Positions 18,804 through 28,606 are shown, numbered from the stretch's first letter. The stretch is DNA of 64,000 nucleotides from Capsulimonadaceae bacterium (GCA_965215505.1 OZ244065.1:2560001-2624000); one strand, 5' to 3'. Notes: generated by a model not told the origin, from the letters alone. Numbers and translations: made by a program.

Positions 18804-19190
18804 ATGCCGATGCAGACAATATTGATCGTCGAAGACAACATATTGAACATGGAACTGGCAACCGATGTCTTGGAACATGTCGGGTACACCGTCCGACAGG
18901 CGGCGACGGCAGAGATCGGCCTTGCCGAAGCCCTTCGGCTGCCGCCGGACCTCATCCTGATGGATATCGCCCTGCCCGGCATGGATGGCGTGACGATGAC
19001 ATATGAGCTTAAACAGCACCAACAAACGCGTTCTATCCCGATTGTCTTTCTGACATCCCATGCCATGCGGGGCGATCAGGAACGGGCGCTGGCGGCAGGC
19101 GGAACACTTTATCTGACCAAGCCACTTGACACGCGCACCCTCGCCGGAACGCTGAAAGCGGTCCTCGCGGGCCGGGAACAAACTCCATGA
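18804..19190 (+). CDS. Single-domain response regulator (DivK/CheY-like)
   Basis: ILIVEDN, LILMDIALPGMDG, YLTKP. Confidence 0.92.
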   Translation: MPMQTILIVEDNILNMELATDVLEHVGYTVRQAATAEIGLAEALRLPPDLILMDIALPGMDGVTMTYELKQHQQTRSIPIVFLTSHAMRGDQERALAAGGTLYLTKPLDTRTLAGTLKAVLAGREQTP

Positions 19191-20320
19191 CTATCACCGG
19201 CAAAAGGGTGCTGATCGTAGACGATGAAGAAATCAACCGCGAGCTGCTGGCAGCGCAGGTCGAGTCGCTGGGACACACATGGGAGGAGGCGCGGAGCGGC
19301 GCCGAGGCCATTTTACTCCTGCACGAGCGGTTCGACATCCTGCTGGTAGATGGAATGATGCCGGGCATGGATGGCTTCGAGATGACCGCCCGCGTCCGTA
19401 CTCAGGGAGAGAATGCAGATGTCCCGATCATCATGGTCACCGCGCTGAATAGCCGGGAAGACCGCCTGAAGGCAGTGAAGGCAGGCGCGAATGATTTCAT
19501 CTCCAAGCCGGTTGACCGGTATGAGCTGCAAGTGCGGACCGAGTCGCTGCTGAAAATGAAAGCGGCCCAGGACGCGGTCAAGGATCATCAAGCCGAGCTG
19601 GAGCGTGTCGTCGCATTGCGGACTACCGATCTGCAAGACGCCATGAACGAAGTCGTTTTGGGGCGTCAGCAGATCTACGAGGCGCAGCTTGATACGATCC
19701 ATCGCCTGGCCCTAGCCGCCGAACACCGCGATGAGCATACGGCCACCCATATCCACCGCGTCAGCCATTACTGTGGCCTGCTGGCCTGGGCGCTGGACCT
19801 GTCGGCAGACGAGACGGAGCAGATCCAGCAGGGCAGCATCATGCACGATGTCGGCAAGATAGGCATCCCCGATTCGATCCTGCTGAAAGAGGGGCGACTG
19901 AGCAATGCCGAACGCGAGGTTATGGAGCAGCACACGATTATCGGTGCGGATATCCTGCACGGGTCTTCTTCGAAACTGCTTCAAGTGGGTGAGATGATCG
20001 CTCTGACGCACCACGAAAAGTGGGACGGGACCGGCTACCCTCACGGGTTGAAGGGGGAGGAGATCCCTCTGCATGGCCGCATCTGCGCGGTCGCCGATGT
20101 CTATGACGCCTTGACAAGCCGCCGCCCCTATAAAAGATCCTACACCCGAAACGAGGCACGCGACATCTTATGCCAGGGGTACAGCACTCACTTCGACCCC
20201 CAAATATTGGACTTATTCCTCGCCAATTTCGAGGTCGTGGAGGTCATTCAGGACCGATACGGCGACGGAGATGTAACAGGACAAGAGCAGAATGACTTGA
20301 TGGCGACACTGAGCATGTAA
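19187..20320 (+). CDS. Response regulator with HD-GYP phosphodiesterase domain (RpfG-like)
   Basis: Receiver domain plus HDVGK, HHEKWDGTGYP, ADVYDAL, RPYK; ATGA overlap with the upstream regulator. Confidence 0.93.
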   Translation: MTITGKRVLIVDDEEINRELLAAQVESLGHTWEEARSGAEAILLLHERFDILLVDGMMPGMDGFEMTARVRTQGENADVPIIMVTALNSREDRLKAVKAGANDFISKPVDRYELQVRTESLLKMKAAQDAVKDHQAELERVVALRTTDLQDAMNEVVLGRQQIYEAQLDTIHRLALAAEHRDEHTATHIHRVSHYCGLLAWALDLSADETEQIQQGSIMHDVGKIGIPDSILLKEGRLSNAEREVMEQHTIIGADILHGSSSKLLQVGEMIALTHHEKWDGTGYPHGLKGEEIPLHGRICAVADVYDALTSRRPYKRSYTRNEARDILCQGYSTHFDPQILDLFLANFEVVEVIQDRYGDGDVTGQEQNDLMATLSM

Positions 20321-20351
20321 AGTATGCCGCAGGCCGATGCCCCCTATCAGT

Positions 20352-20490
20352 TTAACGCCGCCCTGCGAGGACCTGCTTATAGAAATCTTCCAGATGGGCC
20401 GTGATCGCCGCTCAACCGTACTCGCGCTCGACCAGGGCGCGGCCCTGGCGGCTCAGGGCGGCGGCAAGGGGGAGGCGGCAAGGGGGAGGC
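20352..20490 (-). pseudogene. 3' remnant of a GT4 glycosyltransferase
   Basis: Minus frame reads LAAALSRQGRALVEREYG*AAITAHLEDFYKQVLAGRR*, a typical GT4 C-terminus with a stop where Trp is expected (20412-20414). A 14-bp tandem duplication lies at 20461-20488. Confidence 0.6.
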
Positions 20491-20500
20491 GTCGGTGAGC

Positions 20501-20595
20501 GCCGACTCGCAGCCGCCACTGGCAGAGGTCAGCCGTCCAGTCCCGGCTTCAAGCATGCCGACGGAGACTGTGCCGAAGCCCTCGGAGTGAGGGTC
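20501..20595 (-). pseudogene. Internal fragment of the PP2C gene (diverged direct repeat)
   Basis: Ungapped match 77/95 nt to 15161-15255 (DPHSEGFGTVSVGMLEAGTGRLTSASGG vs DPHFEGFGTVFVGTLEAGTGRLTYASGG). Confidence 0.85.
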
Positions 20596-20652
20596 AGACA
20601 TCTTGGTCGCAGTCTGTCACAGGTTTCGGGATTATGTTAGAAAAGGAGGCTT

Positions 20653-21690
20653 TTACAAGCCTCCTTCCTTTTGGCCAGCGATAGTGCGGCTGAGTATAAG
20701 ACGCCGCATTTCACCCTGCGTACCGACCTCCGACTGTGCACCCTCCAGGTAGCGCAGGTTGTAGATGACGCTAAGGGCCGCGAAAGCTGCCCCGGTGTGC
20801 CGCCCTTGGTAGGCCAATCTGGCCGCGCCCAGCAGGAGGGCGCGCAGGGGCGCGCGCAGGGGGGGCGCGGCGAGCGAGAGGTCGGCGAGCCGGCGGGTCA
20901 GGACGTTCCGGGCGTGGTAGCCGTGGCGGACGGCCTCCCAGCCGGTGTCGCCCCGGCGGGCGCGGACGACGTCGAGCTGGCCGTAGGCGTAGGGGACGGC
21001 GAGCCAGGAGGCGAAGCGGCGGCGGGGGCGGTGGGTGCCGCGCGCCTGGGCCTCGTAGACGAAGCGGACGCCGCACTGGCGCTCCAGGCGGACGGCCAGC
21101 TCGACGTCTTCCTGACGCGGGAACTGCTCGTCGAAACCGCCGACGGCCAGCAGGTGTTCGCGCCGGAGCGAGGCATTGCCGGAGTAGAAGTGGTGCGGGC
21201 CGCAGCCCTCCCATTCGCCGGTGCGCCAGGCCGTGTACTGCTTCTCCAGCATGGCGTGTTCCCAGGCGATCCAGGGGGGTTCCCGCCACTGCAAGGCCGG
21301 GTCGGGGAGCATGGGGGCGATGACGACTTCCTTGTCTCCGTGGCCTTTCCCGGCGTAGTGAGCGGCGTGCCGGGCCAGGAAGTCCGGGGCGGGTTCCACG
21401 TCGTCATCCAGAAAGACGACGACCGCGCCGCACGCCTCGGCGATGCCCCGGTTGCGGGCGCGGGCCGGGCCGCCGTTGGGCTGGGTGATGGGGCGCAGCG
21501 CGAACGGGGCGGCGCGGGCGTACTCGGCCAGCAGGGCGTCCGTGCCGTCCGTGCTGCCGTCCGAGACGACCACGACTTCAAAGTCGTCCGAGGGGTGTGT
21601 CTGGCGGGCCAGGCCGTCCAGAGTGACCCGGAGGCTGTCCGCCCGGTTGAAGGTCGGTGTCACGACGCTCAGGAAGGGCGGGCGGCTCAT
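20653..21690 (-). CDS. GT2 glycosyltransferase
   Basis: SVVTPTFNR, DGSTDGT, ARNRG, FLDDD, GGFDE, EDVEL. Confidence 0.93.
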   Translation of the reverse strand: MSRPPFLSVVTPTFNRADSLRVTLDGLARQTHPSDDFEVVVVSDGSTDGTDALLAEYARAAPFALRPITQPNGGPARARNRGIAEACGAVVVFLDDDVEPAPDFLARHAAHYAGKGHGDKEVVIAPMLPDPALQWREPPWIAWEHAMLEKQYTAWRTGEWEGCGPHHFYSGNASLRREHLLAVGGFDEQFPRQEDVELAVRLERQCGVRFVYEAQARGTHRPRRRFASWLAVPYAYGQLDVVRARRGDTGWEAVRHGYHARNVLTRRLADLSLAAPPLRAPLRALLLGAARLAYQGRHTGAAFAALSVIYNLRYLEGAQSEVGTQGEMRRLILSRTIAGQKEGGL

Positions 21691-22805
21691 GGAATGACCG
21701 CCAGCGACCGGAGGGCTTCCAACTCGCGCGCGAAGTTCTGCGGACCGTCGAACACTTCCTCCGCCCGCGCCCGCGCCGCCCGGCCCATCGCCCGCAGGGC
21801 GGGCCGGTCCGCCTCCAGCCGGGCCAGGGCGGCGGCCAGGGCGGCGTAATCGTCCGGCGGAACGAGCGCGCCGACAAGGGACTCCTGCCCCCGCCCGAGC
21901 ATGTCCGGCAGCGCGGTCATGTCGGTCGTGACGACCGGCAGGCCCGACGCCATCGCCTCCATCACCACCTGCGGCGTGCAGTCCCCGCGCGTCGGCAGGA
22001 CGAACAGGTCAGCGTCGGCGTAGAGCGCCCGCAAGGCGGGGTCGTTCGGCCCCAGTCCTTGGTGGACCGTCACGCGCGGCGTGGGGGGGACGGGAGCGCC
22101 CGTCACCATGTCCAGGAAGCAGTGCGCGGGCGCGTCCTCGCGCATCCAGCGCAGCAGCAGGTCGCCGCCCTTGCGGGTCAGGTCGCCGCCGACGAAGAGC
22201 AGCCGCAGCGGGCCGCCGGGTTCGGGGGCGGGCTTCTCGTCGGGCCGCCACAAGCTCAGGTCCACGCCGGGCGGGAACACCTGGATCTTCAAAGCCGGGA
22301 CGTCGTAGTCCGCCGTCAGCGAGTCCGCCACCCACTGCGTGTAGGCGAACAGGCGGGCGCTGGCCCCGAATGCCCGCCGATACCACCGGTCGCGCCGCCG
22401 CTCCAGGGTCGAGTCCGGGTCATTGAGCAGGCCGTACTGCGGGCCGAGCGCCAGAAACTGTTTGGGGGTCGCGTCCAGGCTGATCGCCGCCGGCGTCCTC
22501 TTCATGAAACCCTGGCAGAAGACCGAAACCATCTGCGTGTGCAGGAAGAGGACGTCCGGCGGGTCCTCCCGGTAGGCCCTTCGTACCTTCGCCCAGGTCT
22601 GGAGGCCTGCGCGCAGGATGATGTCGTTCCGCAGGCGGGGGATGCGGCCCAGGACGCCGGGCGAGTCGAAGGTGATCGGAATCCAGCGGGCCTCGATGTC
22701 GGGGCAGCGCGCCGCCGCCGCCTGCATGTTCTTGTACTGCGTGATGTGCCCCAGGCCGGTTTCCATCACGAACAGGATCTTCGTCTTCTTCGTCGGTTTC
22801 GTCAT
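21687..22805 (-). CDS. GT4 glycosyltransferase
   Basis: PPGVD, FVGGDLTRKG, MEAMASGLPVV. True start MTKPTKK at 22805 overlaps the upstream stop (ATGA). Confidence 0.9.
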   Translation of the reverse strand: MTKPTKKTKILFVMETGLGHITQYKNMQAAAARCPDIEARWIPITFDSPGVLGRIPRLRNDIILRAGLQTWAKVRRAYREDPPDVLFLHTQMVSVFCQGFMKRTPAAISLDATPKQFLALGPQYGLLNDPDSTLERRRDRWYRRAFGASARLFAYTQWVADSLTADYDVPALKIQVFPPGVDLSLWRPDEKPAPEPGGPLRLLFVGGDLTRKGGDLLLRWMREDAPAHCFLDMVTGAPVPPTPRVTVHQGLGPNDPALRALYADADLFVLPTRGDCTPQVVMEAMASGLPVVTTDMTALPDMLGRGQESLVGALVPPDDYAALAAALARLEADRPALRAMGRAARARAEEVFDGPQNFARELEALRSLAVIP

Positions 22806-23338
22806 TTGTTGAGTGTCCGTATCAGCCGGGCGGGGACGCCGCCGACCAGCGTGTTCGGCGCGACGTCCTTGGTCACGACCGCCCCCGCCGCCACCACCGC
22901 GCCGCGCCCGATGGTGACGCCCTTCAGGACCGTGACGCGGGCGGCGAGCCAGACGTCGTCCTCGATCACGACGGGGCGCGCTTCGGGCGCGACCGTGTGG
23001 TCGTGCGTGGAGTGAAAGTCCGTGTCCATGATCAGGGTCATGTTGCCGATGGCGCAGCGCGCCCCGATCTTCACCGAACACTGGGCGGCGATGGACGTCC
23101 CGGCGTTGATGTAGGTGCGCTCGCCGATCTCCAGGGTGCCGCCCGGCAGGGCGGCCAGCTCGATGGGCGTCGGCACCCCGCGCAGGCGCACGCGCTCCCC
23201 CAGGCGGATCGTGCCCCCGTTGTCCACGAACAGGCCGCCCTGGACGCGCACCCAGCGGCCGACCGAGGTGCAGCGGCGCGTCTTCCAGCGGCTGGTCAGA
23301 ATCAGGATGGAGAACCTCGCGGCCTCAAGCACTTTCAT
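22802..23338 (-). CDS. Hexapeptide-repeat (LbH) O-acetyltransferase
   Basis: DTDFH, VWLAARVTVLKGVTIGRGAVVAAGAVVTKDV, GGVPAR. Confidence 0.92.
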   Translation of the reverse strand: MKVLEAARFSILILTSRWKTRRCTSVGRWVRVQGGLFVDNGGTIRLGERVRLRGVPTPIELAALPGGTLEIGERTYINAGTSIAAQCSVKIGARCAIGNMTLIMDTDFHSTHDHTVAPEARPVVIEDDVWLAARVTVLKGVTIGRGAVVAAGAVVTKDVAPNTLVGGVPARLIRTLNK

Positions 23339-24333
23339 CGAGCGCGCCCCCGTCCCGGCGGCACGGGCGGCAAGGGCGGCTCAGGCGCGGACACGTCAGG
23401 GGCGGCATGGTACAGACGGGTCCGCCGGTCCACTCCCAGGCGCAGACTGGACGCCAGCCCCCGGCACAGGCCGCGCATCAAGGCGGCGTCATTGTTGGGG
23501 CGGCGCAGGAGCGCCTTGGCCCCCGCACGGGCGGACAGCGAAACCAGGCGGCCGGCGAGCTGCCGCGCGGCCCAGCCGTCGCCGCAGCGCGCGTGCTTGG
23601 CGAAAAAGGCGGCGTCCCCCGCGCCATAGCCGTGGAGGACGGATCGCCAGTGGTCCGGCGTCCGCCAGGCCCGGTGGTACAGCCGCAGGGCGGGGCGCAG
23701 CGCGGCCCGCGCGCCCGCGCGCCGGAGCCGGTAGACGAAGTCCCCTTCCTCGCCGGCGGGGAACGGGGCACCGGGGCCGAGGGCCGGGTCGAATCGGGGG
23801 CCGTCGGGCAGGCGGGCGAGCGCCGCGCGGCGCAGGGCCATGTTCGCGCCCATCCCGCACACCTCGCCGGGGCGCAGGTCACGCGCCTCGGGGAACGACC
23901 AGGCGGGGACGCAGACACTCTGGACTTCGGGGATGGCCGGGGACGGCAGGACGGGGCCGAACAGGATGTCCACTCCGGGGGCAGCCTGGAACTCGGCGGC
24001 GATGCGTTCCAGCCAGTCCGGCGGGGCCTCGCAGTCGTCGTCCGTGAAGGCCAGGATGTCGCCCCGCGCGTGGACGATCCCGATGTCGAGGGCGCGGGAC
24101 TTGCCTACCGTCGCCGTCGGCAGATAACGGAGGGACGGGTGGGCGGCCGCCAGGCGCTCGGCGACGGCGCGCGTGTCCGGGCCGTCGCTCTGATCCACCA
24201 GGACGACTTCCCAGTCGTCGCGCAGGCAGGCGAGGATCGTGGGCAGGCAGACATCGACGTCCTGCGGGCGGTTACGGGTGCAGATGACGACCGAGAGTTT
24301 GACGGTTGAGGGTTTGACGACCGAGAGTTTCAC
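23335..24333 (-). CDS. GT2 glycosyltransferase
   Basis: SVVICTRNR, VDQSD, AFTDDD, GANMA. GTG start at 24333 overlaps the upstream stop. Confidence 0.9.
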   Translation of the reverse strand: MKLSVVKPSTVKLSVVICTRNRPQDVDVCLPTILACLRDDWEVVLVDQSDGPDTRAVAERLAAAHPSLRYLPTATVGKSRALDIGIVHARGDILAFTDDDCEAPPDWLERIAAEFQAAPGVDILFGPVLPSPAIPEVQSVCVPAWSFPEARDLRPGEVCGMGANMALRRAALARLPDGPRFDPALGPGAPFPAGEEGDFVYRLRRAGARAALRPALRLYHRAWRTPDHWRSVLHGYGAGDAAFFAKHARCGDGWAARQLAGRLVSLSARAGAKALLRRPNNDAALMRGLCRGLASSLRLGVDRRTRLYHAAPDVSAPEPPLPPVPPGRGRAR

Positions 24334-27002
24334 GAGGCCCCCATCCGCCCCTTCACGATCTGGCGCACCATCCGGACGTCCGAGGGGTGGAGGCAGCGCA
24401 GCAGCCAGCACAGGGGGGCATACAGGAGCAGGCCGGGGACCAGGATCAGCAGGCCGTTCCGGTCGTGGACGAAGTAGAACAGGCCCACGAGCGGCAGGGC
24501 GGCGGCGGCGGCCCGCGCCAGCGTGCCGAGAGTGCCGCCGCCCACGAGGCCGGGGGGCAGGGCGCGCACATAGGCCGTGACCATGTACGCCTCGATCAGC
24601 ACGTCGCCGAGGATCGCGCCGATGGCCCCGTTGTGCAGGGCGCGCTGCGTCAGGAAGATCAGGGTCCCGGTGATGGGGATGCAGATCAGCGCGGAGACGG
24701 CGGTGATGCGGCTCAAGGCCGCTTGGCGGTCACTGGCGATCAGGGCGGTCGCGGCCGCCTGGGACACGAACCACAGGATGATCGCCGCGCCGAGGATCAT
24801 CAGGACGGGCGCGGCGGGGGCGAAGCCCGCCTCGCGGCCCGTGACCAGGGCGATGATCCGTCCGGGGACCATGACGAGGACGGCGGCGAAGGGGACGGCG
24901 CAGATGAGGATGAAGTTGAACATGCGCTGGACCGCCCCTTCAAACGCGCTCCGGTCCTCATGGTAGATGCGGGACAGGGCGGGCAGCATCGCGCCGGTCA
25001 GGGCGACTGGGATGAAGAGCGCGGCCCCGCCGAGCCGCTTCGCCAGCCCGTACCAGCCGATGGCCTCCAGGCTGCTCATCTTGGACAGCAGCAGGGCGTC
25101 ACAGTTGCCGTACACGGAGATGAAGACGGCCGTCGCCAGAAACGGCATCCCCTGCCGGGCCAGGGCGCGCAGCGTGGCCCAGGACGGGAGGGCGACGGCC
25201 TTCCGATACGGCTGGAAGGCGGAGAGGTTGATGAGCAGGGCGACGGCGGCGCTGACTCCGCCCGCGCCGGCGATGGCCCACAGGGGCGCATGGAGGCGGA
25301 TGAACAGGACGGTGAGGGCGGTCATGACGGCCTTGTCGGCGAGGGCGGCGGCGTTCTGGCGCGGGATCTCTTGGAGTCCGCGCAGGGCCGCACTCAGGGC
25401 CTCGTTGAGCAGCCCGACGAGCAGGGCGGTCAGCGCGACGAGGACGAGGAGGCGCATGGGCGGCGAGTAGCCGAGCGCATAGGCGACAGCCCAGCCGAGT
25501 CCGATGGAGAGCAGGCCGAGCGGCAGGCGCATGGCGAGCGCGGCCAGCGTCAGTTCCGCCGTCCGCGAGGTGTCCCGCGCGATGTCCCGCGTCAGCACGG
25601 TCGAGGTGCCGAGAAGGATGCCGACCGCGAAGACGCCGGCGAACGAGGCGGCCAGCGTCAGCGCGCCCAGGCCGGACGCGCCGATGTAGCGCGTTAGGTA
25701 GACCGTCAGCACGAAGGTCATGCCCCACGACAGGAGCTGCGAGGCAAGGGTCGCCGCGACGTTGCGGGCGACCAGCCCGGAGCGACTCAGCGGGGCCGCC
25801 GGGGGTGCCCCAGGCGGCCCTCCCGCCGGCGGGTCCGGCGTCCGGCGGACGTGGGACAGGCGCTTCCTCAGACGCGCGGCGGGCTTTTCGACGGCGTAAA
25901 GAATCAGCGTCGAGAGACTGAGGCACAAGGCGAGCGCGGCGACGCCGACGGCGACGGGCGGCCAGTGGGTCCAGTGTTCCACGCCGAACAGGACGGTGTT
26001 GTGGAGCAGGTACAGCGAGTACGACAGCAGCCCCACGAACCGGACCGGAGCGAGGTTCAGCCAGCGGAAGACGCCCCACTGGGGGCAGCGGATGGCGAGG
26101 ACGAAGACGGGGAACAGCGCCAGCCCTTGCAGGGTGTAGCTGACTGTGTGTTGGAACCAGAACGAGCGGACCGCGTAACTGAGCAGCATCGCCGCCGCGC
26201 CTAGCGGCAGCCAGAGCGTTTTCAGCCGTCGCTCGGAGACGGGGCCGCCGTCGAGGGCCGGGTTGCCGTGGACGGCGAGGAGGCAGCCGAACAGGATCGA
26301 GTCCACGCGCGTGTCGGTGCCGACGTACAGGCGCTCGTGGCCGGCGTGGAGGCCGAAGACGAGGACAAAGCGCCAGGCGAGGACCGCCGCGCACAGGCCC
26401 GCCAGGACCTGCATCTGCCGCCGCCCCGACAGCCCGCGCCGCCGCATCAGGAGGTAGACGAGCGGGAAGACGAGGTAGAAATGCTCCTCGACGGCCAGTG
26501 ACCAGAAGACCCATGTTCTGGGCGCGAAGCCCTCCCACCAGCCGTGCCGTGCGATATAAAAGTTCGTCAGGTGGGACACCTGGAACGGAATCGCAGCCGT
26601 CCAGTTCGGGCAGTCCCGCAGACCGCCCGCCGACAGCAGGTAGGCCGCGCCCAGCACGAGGTAGAACGGCGGGAAGATCCGCAGGACGCGGCGCAGGTAG
26701 AAGTCGCGGAAGTTGATCCGGCCCGTCTGGTCGAACTCCATCCGCAGCAGAGTCGTGATCAGGTAGCCGCTCAGGAAGAAGAAGACGACCAGGCCCAGGT
26801 CGCCGGGGACCCAGCGCTTGGTGCTGGCATGGGCCAGGAACACGAGGAGGAACGAGACGGCGCGCAGCCCGTCCAGCGAGGGGATGGCGAACGGCTTCCG
26901 GCCCAGCGCCGGCATGGGCACGGCCGGCGCGGGTGCGGGCGGCGCGGGTGCGGGCGGCGCGGGTATGGCCGGCGCGGGCGGGGGGGTGACCGGCTGGATC
27001 AT
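24330..27002 (-). CDS. Acyltransferase-3 (OafA-like)::Wzx-type polysaccharide flippase fusion
   Basis: N-half LDGLRA, FFFLSGYLIT, FYLRRVLRIFP, WSLAVEEHFY, SYSLYLLH, VEKP. A Pro linker leads to a C-half flippase (ARNVAA...YLTRYIG, DALLLSKM, IGWYGLA, LPALSR). Start MIQP at 27002. Confidence 0.88.
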   Translation of the reverse strand: MIQPVTPPPAPAIPAPPAPAPPAPAPAVPMPALGRKPFAIPSLDGLRAVSFLLVFLAHASTKRWVPGDLGLVVFFFLSGYLITTLLRMEFDQTGRINFRDFYLRRVLRIFPPFYLVLGAAYLLSAGGLRDCPNWTAAIPFQVSHLTNFYIARHGWWEGFAPRTWVFWSLAVEEHFYLVFPLVYLLMRRRGLSGRRQMQVLAGLCAAVLAWRFVLVFGLHAGHERLYVGTDTRVDSILFGCLLAVHGNPALDGGPVSERRLKTLWLPLGAAAMLLSYAVRSFWFQHTVSYTLQGLALFPVFVLAIRCPQWGVFRWLNLAPVRFVGLLSYSLYLLHNTVLFGVEHWTHWPPVAVGVAALALCLSLSTLILYAVEKPAARLRKRLSHVRRTPDPPAGGPPGAPPAAPLSRSGLVARNVAATLASQLLSWGMTFVLTVYLTRYIGASGLGALTLAASFAGVFAVGILLGTSTVLTRDIARDTSRTAELTLAALAMRLPLGLLSIGLGWAVAYALGYSPPMRLLVLVALTALLVGLLNEALSAALRGLQEIPRQNAAALADKAVMTALTVLFIRLHAPLWAIAGAGGVSAAVALLINLSAFQPYRKAVALPSWATLRALARQGMPFLATAVFISVYGNCDALLLSKMSSLEAIGWYGLAKRLGGAALFIPVALTGAMLPALSRIYHEDRSAFEGAVQRMFNFILICAVPFAAVLVMVPGRIIALVTGREAGFAPAAPVLMILGAAIILWFVSQAAATALIASDRQAALSRITAVSALICIPITGTLIFLTQRALHNGAIGAILGDVLIEAYMVTAYVRALPPGLVGGGTLGTLARAAAAALPLVGLFYFVHDRNGLLILVPGLLLYAPLCWLLRCLHPSDVRMVRQIVKGRMGAS

Positions 27003-28606
27003 TTGACCGCCCCCTGTGCGTCCTGCCGGGAGTCCTTGAGCAGGGGGGCGGCGGCCAGGGCGCCCGCCCAGATGCCGGCGAAGAGGACATCGCGGAAGTT
27101 GGACAACTGCACGTCCAGCAGGCCGAAGATGACCAGCATGGCGGTCGTGAGCAGGGCAAAGATGCAGACGGACTTGAGTACCGCGTCCGCGCCCGGCGCG
27201 CGGAGGGTTTGGCCCGCGAAGATCAGGATGGACGAGATCATCATCCAGAAGGCCAAGAATCCGAAGCTGCCGACGCGCTCCCAGATCCACAGGATCTGGT
27301 TGTGCGGGATGAACGGCTCCAGCTCGTAGACCTTGGTGATCTCGGGCAGCGGGATGATCTGGAAATAGGGCCGCCCGTAGCCGTAGCCCTGGAGCGGCGC
27401 GGACTTGATCGTCGCCATCAGGTCGATGTTCTCCTCGTCGCGCGAGGTGTTCGAGGAGGCGTCGCGCGCGTCCGGCTCGAAGTTAGACTTGACCGCCCGC
27501 GCCGGCTGGGCGAAGGTGCTGTTACTGTTCTTGAAAAGCGGGTAGTAGATCGAGAACGCGACGGCCACCGTCACCCCGAGTACGGCGACGAGGCGGCGGC
27601 GCTCGGGCAGCGCCTGATAGGCGGCCAGGAACAGCAGGGGGACTACGAAGATCAGCGCCGCCGTCGCCGCTCGGCGATTCAGGGCGAGGTTGCCCAGCAC
27701 GACGAACGGCAGGAGGCTCCACATCACCCAGCGCAGGCGCGGCAGGGCGCGGCACAAGCTCAACGCGACCAGGAGCAGCAGGAAGGCGTCCATGAAGAAC
27801 GCTTCTTCGTGCGCCCCCACCCCTTGATCCGGGAGGGGCAGCCCGTGTATGGTCACATAGCGGCGGAACGTCAGCAGCACCGCCTTGAAGCCGACGCAGA
27901 CGACGGTGACCCAGAGGAGCGTCAGGAGGTCACGCCGCTCGCGCACGATGTTGACGGCCATGAGGTAGGCCAGGCCGAAGTAGAACTGCGGGCGGACCTC
28001 CTGGAGCGAGATTTTGAAGTCCCCGCCGGTCAGCATGCCGTTGACCCAGCCCATCATGACGAACGCCATGTACATGCAGACGGGCAGCAGCAGCGGGCCG
28101 CCGCGCAGGTTGGTGTTCTGGCTATAGACCGCGCGCAGGCAGGAGCAAACGCCGGCAATGAGGATGAAGATCTCGAACAGGTTCAGCGGCACCCCTTTGA
28201 AGTTGACGTGGGCATAGGACTGGAAGATGGTGTTGACGTTCCAGAAGAGGGGGACGCGGTCGGTCAGGGCGTCGGCGAACTGCTGCCCGTCCGCCCCGAC
28301 GACCGGCCCCAGCTCGAAAAGGCACGCGGCGACTAGCGTTTCATACAGCACCAGGCGTGGGAAGCGCCAGAGGAGGACCGGCGTCATGACGACGACGAGC
28401 AGGGCGATGGGCAGGAAGATGTTGTCCAGGCCGAAGGCGACGAAGGCGGCGGCGACCAGACCCGCCAGCAGGCCGCCGCCAAGCAGGAACCAGCGCGTGC
28501 GGGCGCGCGCGCCCGCCGCGTAGTCCTCGGCGGTGGGCATGGCGCTGTAGGGGATCTCGTCCTCCGCCTCTTCGGGGGCGGCAGGTTTTTCCTGTAAAGT
28601 ACTCAT
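26999..28606 (-). CDS. Wzy/O-antigen ligase family polymerase
   Basis: Multi-TM protein with a C-terminal loop PLQGYGYG...PHNQILWIWERVG. Confidence 0.8.
   Translation of the reverse strand: MSTLQEKPAAPEEAEDEIPYSAMPTAEDYAAGARARTRWFLLGGGLLAGLVAAAFVAFGLDNIFLPIALLVVVMTPVLLWRFPRLVLYETLVAACLFELGPVVGADGQQFADALTDRVPLFWNVNTIFQSYAHVNFKGVPLNLFEIFILIAGVCSCLRAVYSQNTNLRGGPLLLPVCMYMAFVMMGWVNGMLTGGDFKISLQEVRPQFYFGLAYLMAVNIVRERRDLLTLLWVTVVCVGFKAVLLTFRRYVTIHGLPLPDQGVGAHEEAFFMDAFLLLLVALSLCRALPRLRWVMWSLLPFVVLGNLALNRRAATAALIFVVPLLFLAAYQALPERRRLVAVLGVTVAVAFSIYYPLFKNSNSTFAQPARAVKSNFEPDARDASSNTSRDEENIDLMATIKSAPLQGYGYGRPYFQIIPLPEITKVYELEPFIPHNQILWIWERVGSFGFLAFWMMISSILIFAGQTLRAPGADAVLKSVCIFALLTTAMLVIFGLLDVQLSNFRDVLFAGIWAGALAAAPLLKDSRQDAQGAVK

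Noticed and set aside
22806-23081. N-terminal extensions of track ORFs (21687-23081, 23335-24411, 24330-27290, 53568-55220)
   Set aside because: They overlap real upstream genes; true starts are defined by 4-nt stop/start overlaps or by promoters.
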